This document shows positions 35,007-45,409 of a DNA stretch of 64,000 bases, one piece after another. Position numbers and translations under genes: made by a program. Positions within the stretch are counted from its first letter, which is position 1. Every line of letters starts with the position of its first letter. The notes below the pieces were generated by a model, which was given only the letters and a program-made list of their open reading frames with translations, was not told the DNA's origin and searched no databases. Source of the DNA: Alphaproteobacteria bacterium. Its GTDB lineage: Bacteria; Pseudomonadota; Alphaproteobacteria; JAJUGE01. The DNA lies in NCBI GenBank assembly GCA_029268305.1, contig JAJUGE010000005.1:28969-92968 (forward strand), read 5' to 3'.

Positions 35007-36327
35007 GGTGGGGGCGGGCTCGCAAATGGTGGTTGTCTTCTTCGTGTTGCTTCTGCTGCGGGTGCCGGTCGCCTTCGCGCTCGGGCTTTCGGCGCTCTAT
35101 GCGATGTGGGTGCTCGGGTTCGGCCTCGATCTGGTCGGAGACCTGATCGCGACCGGCATCGCGAAATTCTCGCTGCTCGCGATCCCCTTCTTCATCCTCG
35201 CCGGCGAGCTTATGGGATCGGGCGGGCTCGCCGAACGCATGATTCGCTTCTTTCGAGTCCTGATCGGCGGCCTGCCAGGCGGGATGGGCGTGGTTGGAAC
35301 GGTGGTTTGCCTGTTCTGGGGTGCTGTGAGCGGTTCCGGCCCGGCATCCGTGGCAGCGATCGGTCCACTCATCGTCAGGAGCATGGAGGAAGACGGCTAT
35401 TCGCGCATGTTCGCGGCTGGCCTCGTCTGCACTGGCGCCGCGCTCTCGATCGTCATCCCGCCGTCGATCGGCCTCATCATCTATGGCGTCGTGGCCGAGA
35501 CCTCGATCTCCGATTTGTTTATCGCAGCCATCATTCCCGGCCTGTTCGTGGGCGCGCTCATGCTCCTCACCCTGCCGTTCGGCGGGGGCAACACCCGCGG
35601 GGTCACCGGCACGCCCGGCCTCGACCGCCTCGCGGCGCTATCCGTGGACGCGGAGCAGCCCTACGGGCGACGCCTCGTGCGCGCCTTCCTCGATTCCTTT
35701 TGGGGATTGATCATGCCGGTGGTCATCCTCGGCGGCATCTATTCGGGTGTCTTCACTCCGACCGAGGCCGCGATCGTCGCCACGGTCTATGCTCTCGTAA
35801 TCGGCGCATTCATCTACCGGAACCTGACGCCGCGCGTACTGTACGAGTCATTCGTTCGCGCCAGCTCCTCCTCGGCGGTGGTCATGCTCGTCGTGGCCTA
35901 CGCGAGCCTGTTCGGGTGGGTCGTCACGGTGGACGATCTGGTCGGACAGTATTCTTCCGTTCTGCTCGGACTTAGCCAGAATGAATGGGTCATCCTTCTG
36001 GTGATCATGCTGGTGCTGCTCCTCGCCGGCATGTTCATGGATGCGGTGACGATCATGTTCATCACGCTGCCGATCTTCCTGCCTGTGGTGCGGGAGCTGG
36101 GCTGGGATCCTGTCTGGTTCGGGGTGCTGGTGATGATCAATCTTGCGATCGGTCTCATCACGCCGCCGGTCGGGATCAATCTGTTCGTAGCGGCGAACGT
36201 GACCAGGCTGCCGCTCGAGAAGGTCACGCGCGGTGTGGTGCCATTCCTGATCACGAGTATGGTCGGGCTGGCGGTGATCGCCTGCTTCCCGGAGATAGCG
36301 CATCTGCTCATCGGCGCCATGCGTTAG
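34999..36327 (+). CDS. dctM: TRAP transporter large permease (DctM family)
   Basis: The 442-aa polytopic membrane protein has a DctM-like N-terminus ...VVFFVLLLLRVPVAFALGLSA. The start is ATG 34999 (8-nt overlap with dctQ) or ATG 35026. Confidence 0.9.
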   Translation: MPEVGAGSQMVVVFFVLLLLRVPVAFALGLSALYAMWVLGFGLDLVGDLIATGIAKFSLLAIPFFILAGELMGSGGLAERMIRFFRVLIGGLPGGMGVVGTVVCLFWGAVSGSGPASVAAIGPLIVRSMEEDGYSRMFAAGLVCTGAALSIVIPPSIGLIIYGVVAETSISDLFIAAIIPGLFVGALMLLTLPFGGGNTRGVTGTPGLDRLAALSVDAEQPYGRRLVRAFLDSFWGLIMPVVILGGIYSGVFTPTEAAIVATVYALVIGAFIYRNLTPRVLYESFVRASSSSAVVMLVVAYASLFGWVVTVDDLVGQYSSVLLGLSQNEWVILLVIMLVLLLAGMFMDAVTIMFITLPIFLPVVRELGWDPVWFGVLVMINLAIGLITPPVGINLFVAANVTRLPLEKVTRGVVPFLITSMVGLAVIACFPEIAHLLIGAMR

Positions 36328-38237
36328 CCTCCGCGCCTATCCGGCTGCAAAGGCGTTAACAAGTCCGGTTCGGCATCCATTGCTCGTCGCCATACCGGGA
36401 AGAGCGCCAGTCCGAAGACGACCCATGCGACGGACCATGCTTCCGAAGTGTCCGGGGGGCGGATCAACAGGCGGCCGACCCCGACGAGCAGGAGAAAGAG
36501 CGAAGCGGCGCAGACCGCGACGGCAGCTGCACGGAGGCGCAGCGCCTTCAGCGGCGCATCCGGCCGATCGCCGGCCGCGACCGCCGTGCTCCGCCACCAG
36601 CCCATGGGGCGGACGCGTCGGTAGAAGGCGACGAGGATCCGGCTGTCCGTGCGCGGTGTCGCCAATGTGATCGCGACCGCGGCGCCAGTGGTCACCCCGG
36701 CCATGATCAGCAGACGCAACCATTCCGTCTCGGCGTCAGTGCCGAGCCAGAGCAGCAGGAGTGGAGCGGTGACGAGCGAGGCGCCCATTGCCGCAATCTC
36801 CGACCAGAGATTGATGCGCTCCCACAGCCAGCGCAGCACCAGCACCGCACCCATTCCCGCCCCGAACAGCAGCGAGATGAACCAGGCCGTCTGGATCGAG
36901 CCGAGATGCGCCATTACCACCAATGCCAACAGGAGGATGAGTACGTTCGACAGTCGGGCGACCAGCACCAGCTCCCGGGGCGGCGGCATTCGCCCTAGCC
37001 AGCGGCGGCAGATGAGCTCCCGGTAGATGTCGTTGCTCCAGTAGGAGGCGCCCCAGTTGAGATGCGTGTCGACGGTCGACGCCAGGGCCGCCAGCAAGCC
37101 GACGAGCATCAGGCCGCGCAGACCGGGGGGCAGCAGATCCTCGATTCCGGTGACGAACAGGATCTCACGCGCGGCAGCAAAGCCTTCGCCGCCAGCCTCT
37201 TCGGGGGCGAACGGATAGAGGACGAGGAGTCCGACCCCGATCACCAGCCAGATCAGGCTGCGCAGGAACACCTGCATCCAGGCGAACAGCACGCCCGCCT
37301 TGCGGGCCTCGTGCTCGCTGCGGCAGGCCATGGCGCGTTGCGCGAGATAGCCGGTGCCGTCGGAGTTCATCTGGAACAGCCATTGCAGACCGATGATGAC
37401 GAGGATCGGCAGGAGCAGATCGGTCGCCGAGGCAGGCGAGAATGACAGCATGCGGCTCGCTTCCGCCGCGCCGTAGAGCTCTGCGACCCTTTCGGGTAAA
37501 GCGCCGAGACCGCCGGCGGCATTCACCACCACCCAGGCGTAGGCGGTCGTTGCGACCATCGCCAGCGTGAACTGCACGACGTCGGTGTTGACGACGGCAC
37601 GCAGTCCTCCCGTGGTCGAGTAGGTCGCGGTAAACGCGAGGATCAGCAGGATGGAGATCAGGCTGTCGGCGGTGGTGACCGCCGGCGGCAGCGCATCGGC
37701 GATCCCCGCGCCGAGGTCGAGGCCGACTGCCGAGACGAAGTCGACGACCGGCGCGTACGCCCATCCCGGTAGCCATGCGTGCCACGGCAGGAACACTTCC
37801 GCGATGCGCACCGCCGCCACCAGCACCATTGCAAGCACGACACAATTGATGACCGTGCCATAGTAGACGGCCTTGAGCACGCGTAGTGCGAGCACGCCTC
37901 GGCCACTGTAGCGGACCTCGGTCAGTTCGGCGTCGGTGAGCACGCCGGCGCGCCGCCAGCCGGCGGCGAATACGAAGGCCATTAGCAGGAAAGCAAAGGC
38001 GTAGATCCAGAGCCGCCACAGCGCGAAGACGCCGGCGGTGGCGATCAGCCCCGTGATCAGCAGCGGCGTGTCGGCCGCAAACTGGGTGGCGGCCATTGAC
38101 AACCCGGCCTTCCAGCCGGGAAGCGTGCGACCGGCCAGGAAGTACTCGTCGAGACCTTCGGAGGCTATACGTCGCGCCTTGAGGCCCGATCCTATCCCGT
38201 AGGCGATGAAGGCCAGCACGATCAGAAGGTCGAGCAT
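36324..38237 (-). CDS. Sodium:solute symporter (SSS) family transporter
   Basis: I prefer the start at ATG 38237 (MLDLLIVLAFIAYGIGSGL...). The ~637-aa protein has many TM helices and an SSS-like GRTLPGWKAGLSMAATQFAADTPL. Its 3' end overlaps the dctM stop by 4 nt (convergent genes). Confidence 0.8.
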   Translation of the reverse strand: MLDLLIVLAFIAYGIGSGLKARRIASEGLDEYFLAGRTLPGWKAGLSMAATQFAADTPLLITGLIATAGVFALWRLWIYAFAFLLMAFVFAAGWRRAGVLTDAELTEVRYSGRGVLALRVLKAVYYGTVINCVVLAMVLVAAVRIAEVFLPWHAWLPGWAYAPVVDFVSAVGLDLGAGIADALPPAVTTADSLISILLILAFTATYSTTGGLRAVVNTDVVQFTLAMVATTAYAWVVVNAAGGLGALPERVAELYGAAEASRMLSFSPASATDLLLPILVIIGLQWLFQMNSDGTGYLAQRAMACRSEHEARKAGVLFAWMQVFLRSLIWLVIGVGLLVLYPFAPEEAGGEGFAAAREILFVTGIEDLLPPGLRGLMLVGLLAALASTVDTHLNWGASYWSNDIYRELICRRWLGRMPPPRELVLVARLSNVLILLLALVVMAHLGSIQTAWFISLLFGAGMGAVLVLRWLWERINLWSEIAAMGASLVTAPLLLLWLGTDAETEWLRLLIMAGVTTGAAVAITLATPRTDSRILVAFYRRVRPMGWWRSTAVAAGDRPDAPLKALRLRAAAVAVCAASLFLLLVGVGRLLIRPPDTSEAWSVAWVVFGLALFPVWRRAMDAEPDLLTPLQPDRRGG

Positions 38238-38265
38238 GGTTCGTTGCCGCCTCCCGATCGGGCCC

Positions 38266-39030
38266 TTATGCGACGGTGAGCTCAATCCGCGTGGTCGTCT
38301 CCATATCGTCGCCGTACCAGGCTGTGATCGCAGCCTCGCGCTTGCCGATGTACTCGGGTCGGCCGTCTTCGAGCACCATCGGCAGGTCGTGACCGGGCAC
38401 GACGATGGAGGCCGGATGGCGCCGCCAGTGCTCCCATATCATGTTGATCGTCGCGCGGCTGATCGAGGCGTCGTAGGTCATGTCGGTGTCGCGGCTGATC
38501 AGCTCGGCGCGGTTCTTGGCGGCATCGCCGGTGAAGATCACGTCGCGGCTCTCGCCGCGCAGGACGTAGATCAGGTGTCCGGGCGTATGGCCGGCTGCGA
38601 GATGGCAGGTGATGCCGGGCAAGATCTCCTCGCCGTCGTGCGCGCGGTGGAGTGTCGGCCAGTCGTTCAGGCGTTCGACATAGAGTTCGGCTACCGGCGT
38701 CTCGCCCCAGGGCTGTTCGACCGCCCACTCCAACTCCGACTGCCCGAGGACGATCCGCGCATCCCTGAACATGACCCAGTTGATGCAGTGATCGTGATGG
38801 CCGTGGGTCAGGAGAACTTCGGTAACGTCCGTGTTGTTCAGGCCGTGATCGGCCAAGCCCTTCTGCAGCAGGTTCCGCATGCCGAAGGTGCCGACATCGA
38901 CGAGGGCAATCCGGCCGTGGCCGCGCAGCAGCACGATGGTGCTCCAGCCCAGGCCGCCGTGACAGACGGATTTCCCCGGAAATCCGCTGACGATGATATC
39001 GACCTGGTAGCCGTCGATAGCGATGGACAT
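38266..39030 (-). CDS. MBL-fold metallo-hydrolase (lactonase-like)
   Basis: ATG at 39030 gives MSIAIDGYQVDIIVSGFPG... with the metal motif LLTHGHHDH (HxHxDH). Confidence 0.8.
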   Translation of the reverse strand: MSIAIDGYQVDIIVSGFPGKSVCHGGLGWSTIVLLRGHGRIALVDVGTFGMRNLLQKGLADHGLNNTDVTEVLLTHGHHDHCINWVMFRDARIVLGQSELEWAVEQPWGETPVAELYVERLNDWPTLHRAHDGEEILPGITCHLAAGHTPGHLIYVLRGESRDVIFTGDAAKNRAELISRDTDMTYDASISRATINMIWEHWRRHPASIVVPGHDLPMVLEDGRPEYIGKREAAITAWYGDDMETTTRIELTVA

Positions 39031-39047
39031 GAATGATCCTCTTCCGG

Positions 39048-39851
39048 TCATACCTCGATGGCTGCGACCTGCTGTGCGCGTTTGGTCGCCGCTTCGAGCA
39101 GGAACTGGATGTCCGTGCCGGTGGAGACATAGCGGGCACCCGCCTTCACGAAGGTCTCGACGAGGTCCGGTCGGGAAGCGAGACCGCCGACGCCGACGTG
39201 CTTGTCGTGCCGCCGGCATATTTCGATCGTGCGGAGATATGCCCCCCGAATCTTCTCGTGGTCGAACTGGCCGGGCAGGCCCATGTCGGCGAGCAGATCG
39301 TTGGTGCCGATCAGGACCATGTCGACCCCCTCGACCGCTACGATCTCTTCGGCGCGCTCCAGCGACGCCTCCGATTCGAACTGAACGATCACCATGGTGG
39401 CCGCGTTGAGTGCGGGGAGGGCTTGTGCCGCGGGCACGGGGCGATAGCGGAAATGCGGAAGGGCGCCGGAGATGCCGCGGCGTCCGATCGGCGGATACTT
39501 CGCCGCATCCACCACGGCTCGCGCTTCGACGGCGGAGCGGACTCCGGGCGCGATGATGCCTAGCGCACCGACGTCCAGGACGCGCGAGATGTATTCCGGC
39601 GTATTGGCCGGAACGCGGACGAAGCAGGCGATCCCGGCCGCGAGCGCCATGGTAGCGATATGGCCGGTGGCCTGGATCGAGAATCCGGAATGCTCGAGGT
39701 CGACATAGAGAGAGTCGAATCCGGCGGCACCGGCGATCATGACCGCGTCGTTCGCGGCAACCATCCTAAGCGTCATCGAGCTGGCGACGCCGCCGGCAGC
39801 GATCTTTTCCTTCACCGGATTGCGCAAGGAATGCTCCAGCTCGCCAACCAT
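39048..39851 (-). CDS. HpcH/HpaI family aldolase (2,4-dihydroxyhept-2-enedioate aldolase-like)
   Basis: ATG at 39851. The segments NPVKEKIAAGGVASSMTL..., GFDSLYVDLEHSGFS, VRVPANTPEYISRVLDVGALGIIAPGV and KYPPIGRRG are typical of the family. Confidence 0.85.
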   Translation of the reverse strand: MVGELEHSLRNPVKEKIAAGGVASSMTLRMVAANDAVMIAGAAGFDSLYVDLEHSGFSIQATGHIATMALAAGIACFVRVPANTPEYISRVLDVGALGIIAPGVRSAVEARAVVDAAKYPPIGRRGISGALPHFRYRPVPAAQALPALNAATMVIVQFESEASLERAEEIVAVEGVDMVLIGTNDLLADMGLPGQFDHEKIRGAYLRTIEICRRHDKHVGVGGLASRPDLVETFVKAGARYVSTGTDIQFLLEAATKRAQQVAAIEV

Positions 39852-39987
39852 CTGCTTCCCCGTGCACACGCCGTTATCATCGCGCAGCAAGAGTCGCGGC
39901 TCGCGCTCGAGCTGTCTACCGCTTTTCAGCGACGACCCGGCTCGATAGAACTTGTCTGAACAGCCCCAGCCGAAGAGGAACACGGCC

Positions 39988-40866
39988 ATGAGCGAAGCGC
40001 CCACAGAGCAGATCCCCGGCGTCTACCATCGGAAGATCGGCGACATCGTCGTCACGGCGATCAGCGACGGCTATCTCGACGGCAATCTGGACGTCCTGAA
40101 GAACATCGATCACGAGGAAGGCCGGCGGCTGCTCGCGGAGAATTTCCGGCCTGCCAGGCGCACATCTGTGAATACCTTCCTGATCCACTCCAAGGGGCGG
40201 AAGGCAATCGTCGATACCGGCTGCGGCACCTATATGGCGCCGACCGGAGGGTGGCAGCTTCGCAATTTGAGGGCAGCGGGTGTGGATCCGGCGGAGATCG
40301 ACACGATCCTCCTGACGCATATGCATCCCGACCATTCCTGCGGCCTCGCCGACAAGCAGACGAAAGAGCGGCTGTTCCCGAATGCCGAGCTCGTCTGCCA
40401 CGAAAAGGAGCCGGCGCACTGGCAGGACGATGCCGCCATGGCCAAGGGCACCGAACGGGAGCAGGCGATGTTCTTCGGGGCCGCGCGCGAACAGATGGCG
40501 CCGTACAAGGACCGGATGCGCCTCTTTACCGGCGGCGAGGTCTTTCCCGGCGTCACCGCGATCCCGCGTCCGGGGCATACGCCCGGCCATACGACCTACC
40601 TGATCAATTCAGGCGACGAATCGCTGCTGATCTGGGGCGATACGGTGCACGTGCCCGAGCTGCAGGTGCCGCGACCCGAGGTGGCGATCGCCTTCGACAC
40701 GGATTCGGACATGGCGATCGAGAGCCGCCGGAAGACGCTGGACATGGCCGCGAGCGAGCGTCTGCTGATCACCGGCATGCACACCCACTTTCCCGGGTTC
40801 TCCCACATCGCCCGGCGTGGGGACAGTTATGCGATCATACCGGAGGCCTGGCAGCACGCGCTCTGA
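39988..40866 (+). CDS. MBL-fold metallo-hydrolase
   Basis: ATG at 39988 follows GAAGAGGAA. It has the HxHxDH motif LLTHMHPDHSCG, and GHTPGHT later. Confidence 0.8.
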   Translation: MSEAPTEQIPGVYHRKIGDIVVTAISDGYLDGNLDVLKNIDHEEGRRLLAENFRPARRTSVNTFLIHSKGRKAIVDTGCGTYMAPTGGWQLRNLRAAGVDPAEIDTILLTHMHPDHSCGLADKQTKERLFPNAELVCHEKEPAHWQDDAAMAKGTEREQAMFFGAAREQMAPYKDRMRLFTGGEVFPGVTAIPRPGHTPGHTTYLINSGDESLLIWGDTVHVPELQVPRPEVAIAFDTDSDMAIESRRKTLDMAASERLLITGMHTHFPGFSHIARRGDSYAIIPEAWQHAL

Positions 40867-40959
40867 GTCGGAAAAGCGGCGGCGGTCTCTGACCTGCCGG
40901 CGCCCGACATATCCTTCATCAATGCAGCCAGGACCACCGCTCCGCCCTTCCGGTGATCG

Positions 40960-42525
40960 ATGGCATCCGTGACCGAAGGTTCTTCCGCCTCGGAAGCCAG
41001 CGCTGCCTATCGGGTATCGCTGCTCGTCATCCTCACGCTCGCCTCGACGCTCTACGGCACGACGGTGCTGGTAGTGGGCGTGATCCTTCCGCAGATGCAG
41101 GGCGCCATGTCGGCGACGCAGGAGGAGATTTCCTGGGTCGTCACCCTTAACATCCTCGCGACGGCGATGGCGACCCCCATGACGGGGTGGCTGGTGGCGC
41201 GTTTCGGCCGGCGACAGGTGGTGCTCTGGGCGCTCGGCGGCTTCACCCTCTCGACGTTTCTCTGCGGGGCAGCCACGTCGCTGGAGGAGTTGATCCTCTG
41301 GCGGGTGATGCAGGGAGCGTTCGGTGCCCCGATGACGCCGCTCGCCCAGGCGATCATCCTCGATACCTTTCCGCGACGACAACACGGCACCGTCACGTCT
41401 ATTTTCGGCATGGGCGTGGTCATCGGTCCGGTGATCGGGCCGGTCCTCGGCGGCTATCTGGCCGAGGTCTATAACTGGCGCTGGGCCTTTTTCATGCTCT
41501 TCCCGGTGGGCGTGGTGTCGTGGGTCGGCCTCGCTGCGATCCTCCCCGACCGCGGCCGACTCGCCACGGCACGGCTCGACTGGGTCGGGTTCCTCTCGCT
41601 GATGGTCGCGGTCGCCGCCTTCCAGCTAATGATGGATCGCGGACAGCGGCTAGATTGGTTCGACTCGGCCTTCATCATCGCGCTCGCTGCGGCGTCAGCG
41701 CTGGGCCTCTACGTGTTCTTTGTCCACGGTCTCCTGTCCGATCGACCGTTTCTGAACCTCCGGCTCCTTCTAAACCGGAATTATTCGCTCGGCCTGATCA
41801 TCGTCACCATCTACGGCATGCTCAACTTCACGCCGATGGTGCTGCTGCCGCCAATGCTGCAGAACCTCATGGGCTATCCGGTCGACATCATCGGCGAGCT
41901 GATCGCCTGGCGCGGTGCAGGCGCGCTCTGCGGCTTCTTCCTCGCCATCTATGTCGCGAAGTTCGATCCTCGCTTCGGCATGGTCGTGGGCTTTCTGATC
42001 CAGGCCTGGTCCGGCTGGATCATGATGGGCTTCGACATGAACACGACCCGCGAGCTGGTCTCGATCACCAGTTGGATGCAGGGGCTGTCCGTCGGGGTCC
42101 TCTGGGTCCCCCTCGTGATCGCTACGTTCGCGACACTCGACCCGCGGCATCTCGCCGAGACATCTGCTGTGTTCCACCTCATGCGCAATCTCGGCAGCAG
42201 CCTGTTCATCTCGCTGTGCGTCACCGTGATCGCGCGCAGCGGCGCCAGCAATTATGCGCGTATGACGGAGTTCGCATCGCCCTATCACGATCCTGCAACT
42301 GCCGACTTCGCCGCCGGGGCCTGGAGCCTCGATACGGTGACAGGCCTCGCCGGCCTCAGCGTCGAGATCACCCGGCAGGCGACGTTGATCGGATATCTGA
42401 ACGCCTTTGCCCTCTTCACCCTGGCAACGCTGGCGGTGATCCCGCTGATCCTCATGGTGGAGGCGAAGCCGAAGCGGGAGCCGCAAGCTGCAGAGGACGA
42501 GGGGATGAAGGGCGAGGCAGCCTAA
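40960..42525 (+). CDS. MFS transporter, DHA2 (EmrB/QacA, 14-TMS) family
   Basis: The 521-aa product has a DHA2-like N-terminal region (LASTLYGTTVLVVGVILPQMQGAMSATQEEISWVVTLNILATAMATPMTGWLVARFGRR) and about 14 hydrophobic segments. Confidence 0.85.
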   Translation: MASVTEGSSASEASAAYRVSLLVILTLASTLYGTTVLVVGVILPQMQGAMSATQEEISWVVTLNILATAMATPMTGWLVARFGRRQVVLWALGGFTLSTFLCGAATSLEELILWRVMQGAFGAPMTPLAQAIILDTFPRRQHGTVTSIFGMGVVIGPVIGPVLGGYLAEVYNWRWAFFMLFPVGVVSWVGLAAILPDRGRLATARLDWVGFLSLMVAVAAFQLMMDRGQRLDWFDSAFIIALAAASALGLYVFFVHGLLSDRPFLNLRLLLNRNYSLGLIIVTIYGMLNFTPMVLLPPMLQNLMGYPVDIIGELIAWRGAGALCGFFLAIYVAKFDPRFGMVVGFLIQAWSGWIMMGFDMNTTRELVSITSWMQGLSVGVLWVPLVIATFATLDPRHLAETSAVFHLMRNLGSSLFISLCVTVIARSGASNYARMTEFASPYHDPATADFAAGAWSLDTVTGLAGLSVEITRQATLIGYLNAFALFTLATLAVIPLILMVEAKPKREPQAAEDEGMKGEAA

Positions 42526-42532
42526 GACGGGT

Positions 42533-44017
42533 TCAGTCGCTCCGCGTCACCGGAAAGACGCCGGGCGGGATATGACGGTAGGGGAGGGACGGCAGATCGG
42601 CCGGGCCCCAATCGGGCGTATCGACGATGACGATCTCGCGCGAGAGCGGCTCCCAGACGTGGCGGAAGTGGGTCTTCGAGCGGAGCAGGACGTAGTCGAA
42701 ATCCTCGATCCTGAGCCCGAACTGGTCGAACGGGTCACGATCGATCGCCGAGTACTGGACCGAGATGATGCTCACGAGGATGCCGCCGAGATCAATCAGG
42801 GCAGTCGGACCGAGGTCGTTCAGCATGCCGGTTCGCAGCGGACCTGTGATCCTGTAGGTCTTGTGCCCGGCATAGACCACCTTGCCCGTGACCTCGAGCG
42901 GATCGCCAGCCTTGGGCGAGCTCTTCCCGCCGAGACTGAGGGTGACGGTCGAGCCTTCTCCGGCGGCGATGCAGGCTTCGGCCGCGGCCGGATCCCACAT
43001 ATAGGGGACCATTGCCCGCTTGATCCCCCGCGCCAGCATCTCTCGCAACGTGTAGGTGGAATCGTTCATGCGGTCGGCGTGCTCCAGCAGAACGACCGGC
43101 TTCCTGCCGCCGTCCGGGGATGGTTGCTCGGCCAGCGCCATCGCCCGGTCGAGCCCGCCGGCTACATCGTGGACCAGTTCGCGCTTGAAGAGCTGGTGGC
43201 GCAGGCTCTCTGCCCTTGCGGAAAGCTCGTGCGCGATCTCCCGGGCAAGCATGGGGTCGCCGTCGGTGACGGCAACGACCGACATGCCGCAATCCGGCAC
43301 GTCGGCATAGGCGAAGCCACAGAAGAGCGAGACGTCGAGCACGCCGTCCTGTTTCTCCCATTCCCGCGCTTCCGCGATCAGATCGGCGAGCGGACGAAGT
43401 GACGTCGCCGTGAAGATCGAGGGCAGCATGATCCCAGGCTTGGCGATCGCCATCGTCGGTCTGATCTCGCCGCGCATCGAGCGAATCAGGATCGAGGCGG
43501 TCCGCTCTCCCGTCTGGCCCATATCGGTGTGGGGGCTGTGTCGGTAGCCGCAGACGACGGTTGCCCCGCCGATAACCTCCGGGCCGAGATTGCCGTGCAG
43601 ATCCATCCCTGCGCCGATCGGAAAGTCGGGCCCGACTTCGGCGCGGATGGCTTCCAGAACGCTTGCATCGGCCTTGAGTCGGGTCGGCGTGGCAAGGGCG
43701 CCATGCAGGAAGATCAGGAGACCGTCGACCTTGCCCTTCAGGGCTCTAAGGCCTTCGACGATCTCCGTGGTGTACTTCACCCAGGCGGCATCACTCGCGG
43801 CGGCCGCCGCTCCGGCGCCCACCGAGACAATGCCTTCGACCTCGACACCTTCGGCATCGCAGACCTTGATGAATCCGCCGATCACCGTATTGGTGCCGCG
43901 GAGGCCTTCGATCACGTCATCGCCGCGACGCGCGCCGAACTCGAAATCCGGAATGTCAGTCTGTTCCGGCAGGAAGGTGACGGATTCGAGCTCGAATCCG
44001 GCGATGGCAATGCGCAT
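42533..44017 (-). CDS. M81 family metallopeptidase (MlrC / microcystinase C-like)
   Basis: ATG at 44017 gives MRIAIAGFELESVTFLPEQT..., the typical MlrC N-terminal domain start. The 494-aa length fits. Confidence 0.75.
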   Translation of the reverse strand: MRIAIAGFELESVTFLPEQTDIPDFEFGARRGDDVIEGLRGTNTVIGGFIKVCDAEGVEVEGIVSVGAGAAAAASDAAWVKYTTEIVEGLRALKGKVDGLLIFLHGALATPTRLKADASVLEAIRAEVGPDFPIGAGMDLHGNLGPEVIGGATVVCGYRHSPHTDMGQTGERTASILIRSMRGEIRPTMAIAKPGIMLPSIFTATSLRPLADLIAEAREWEKQDGVLDVSLFCGFAYADVPDCGMSVVAVTDGDPMLAREIAHELSARAESLRHQLFKRELVHDVAGGLDRAMALAEQPSPDGGRKPVVLLEHADRMNDSTYTLREMLARGIKRAMVPYMWDPAAAEACIAAGEGSTVTLSLGGKSSPKAGDPLEVTGKVVYAGHKTYRITGPLRTGMLNDLGPTALIDLGGILVSIISVQYSAIDRDPFDQFGLRIEDFDYVLLRSKTHFRHVWEPLSREIVIVDTPDWGPADLPSLPYRHIPPGVFPVTRSD

Positions 44018-44154
44018 GTTCCGGTCCCTCAGGCTGACATTCCCCCGATCATACGGCACGCCGACGTGCCCCGGTCAACAGCGCGCGGCTGGACGCGAAG
44101 CGGCCCGGCGGATAAGCAGGAAGTGCTGACCACCACGGGCGAGCGAGGCTGGCG

Positions 44155-45405
44155 ATGTACGAGGCTCTTCACGGCATCCCCGAGAGCGAGACTTTCGTCA
44201 CGCACCTGGAGTGCGGCTACACCGGCGAGCGCTACGACGCCGATCGCCTGCACAATCTGTCGAATGCCGGCAAGCCGCTGCTGGTCCGCTACGACCTCGG
44301 CGCCGTGCGGGCCGCGCTTACCAGGGACGCGCTGGCGCAAAGAGCGCCGACGATGTGGCGCTACCGGGAATTGCTGCCGGTGCGCAGTACGGCCAACATC
44401 GTGACCCTGGGCGAAACGATGACCCCGGTGCTCGGTTGCCCGACCGTCGAGCGCTCTCTCGGCGCCTCGGGCCTGCTGGTGAAGGACGAGGGGCGGCTGC
44501 CGACGGGATCTTTCAAGGCGCGGGGCCTCGTCATGGCGGTTTCCATGGCGAAAGAGCTCGGCGTGAAGCGCATGGCGATGCCCACCAATGGCAACGCGGG
44601 TGCCGCACTCGCCGCCTATTGTCGGCGGGCGGGCTTGGAAGCCTATGTCTTCTGCCCCGCCGACACGCCGGAGGTGAACGTGCGCGAGATCGCTCTGCAG
44701 GGAGCCAAGGTCTGGCGCGTCAACGGCTATATCGACGATTGCGGGAAGATCGTCGGCGGCGGGACCGCCGAAATGGGCTGGTTCGACACCTCCACCCTGA
44801 AAGAGCCCTACAGGATCGAAGGCAAGAAGACGATGGGGCTCGAGCTGGCGGAGCAGCTGGGTTGGCGCGTTCCCGACGTCATTCTCTATCCTACCGGCGG
44901 TGGCACCGGTCTAATCGGCATGTGGAAGGCCTTCGACGAGCTGGAGAAGATCGGTCTGATCGGCTCCAAGCGGCCGCGCATGGTGGCGGTTCAGGCGACG
45001 GGCTGCGCGCCGATGGTGCGCGCCTGGGAAGCAGGCGAGGAGCACGCGACCCGCTGGGAAGATGCCCAGACGATCGCCATGGGCATCCGGGTGCCGCAAG
45101 CGGTGGGCGATTTCCTGATCCTCCGCGCCGTGCGCGAGAGCGGCGGTTTCGCCATCGCCGTCGACGATGCAGCGATCGAGGCCGCCCAGACGGAGATGGC
45201 CCGGGAAGAGGGGCTGCTTCTCTGTCCGGAGGGGGCGGCGACCTATGCCGCCTACAAGGCAGCACTCCTCGATGGGCGGATCCGCAAGGACGAAGAGGCG
45301 GTGCTGTTCAACTGCGCGACCGGCCTCAAATACCCGATGCCCCCGGCCCAGCAGGCGATCGACCGGATGCAGCCGATCGATTACACGGCGATGAAGAGGG
45401 CCTGA
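44155..45405 (+). CDS. Threonine-synthase-type PLP-dependent enzyme
   Basis: The 416-aa product has WRYRELLPV near the N-terminus and the PLP-lysine motif PTGSFKARG. It resembles the threonine synthase family overall. Whether it is the housekeeping thrC or a paralog cannot be told from the sequence. Confidence 0.8.
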   Translation: MYEALHGIPESETFVTHLECGYTGERYDADRLHNLSNAGKPLLVRYDLGAVRAALTRDALAQRAPTMWRYRELLPVRSTANIVTLGETMTPVLGCPTVERSLGASGLLVKDEGRLPTGSFKARGLVMAVSMAKELGVKRMAMPTNGNAGAALAAYCRRAGLEAYVFCPADTPEVNVREIALQGAKVWRVNGYIDDCGKIVGGGTAEMGWFDTSTLKEPYRIEGKKTMGLELAEQLGWRVPDVILYPTGGGTGLIGMWKAFDELEKIGLIGSKRPRMVAVQATGCAPMVRAWEAGEEHATRWEDAQTIAMGIRVPQAVGDFLILRAVRESGGFAIAVDDAAIEAAQTEMAREEGLLLCPEGAATYAAYKAALLDGRIRKDEEAVLFNCATGLKYPMPPAQQAIDRMQPIDYTAMKRA

Positions 45406-45409
45406 GTCT

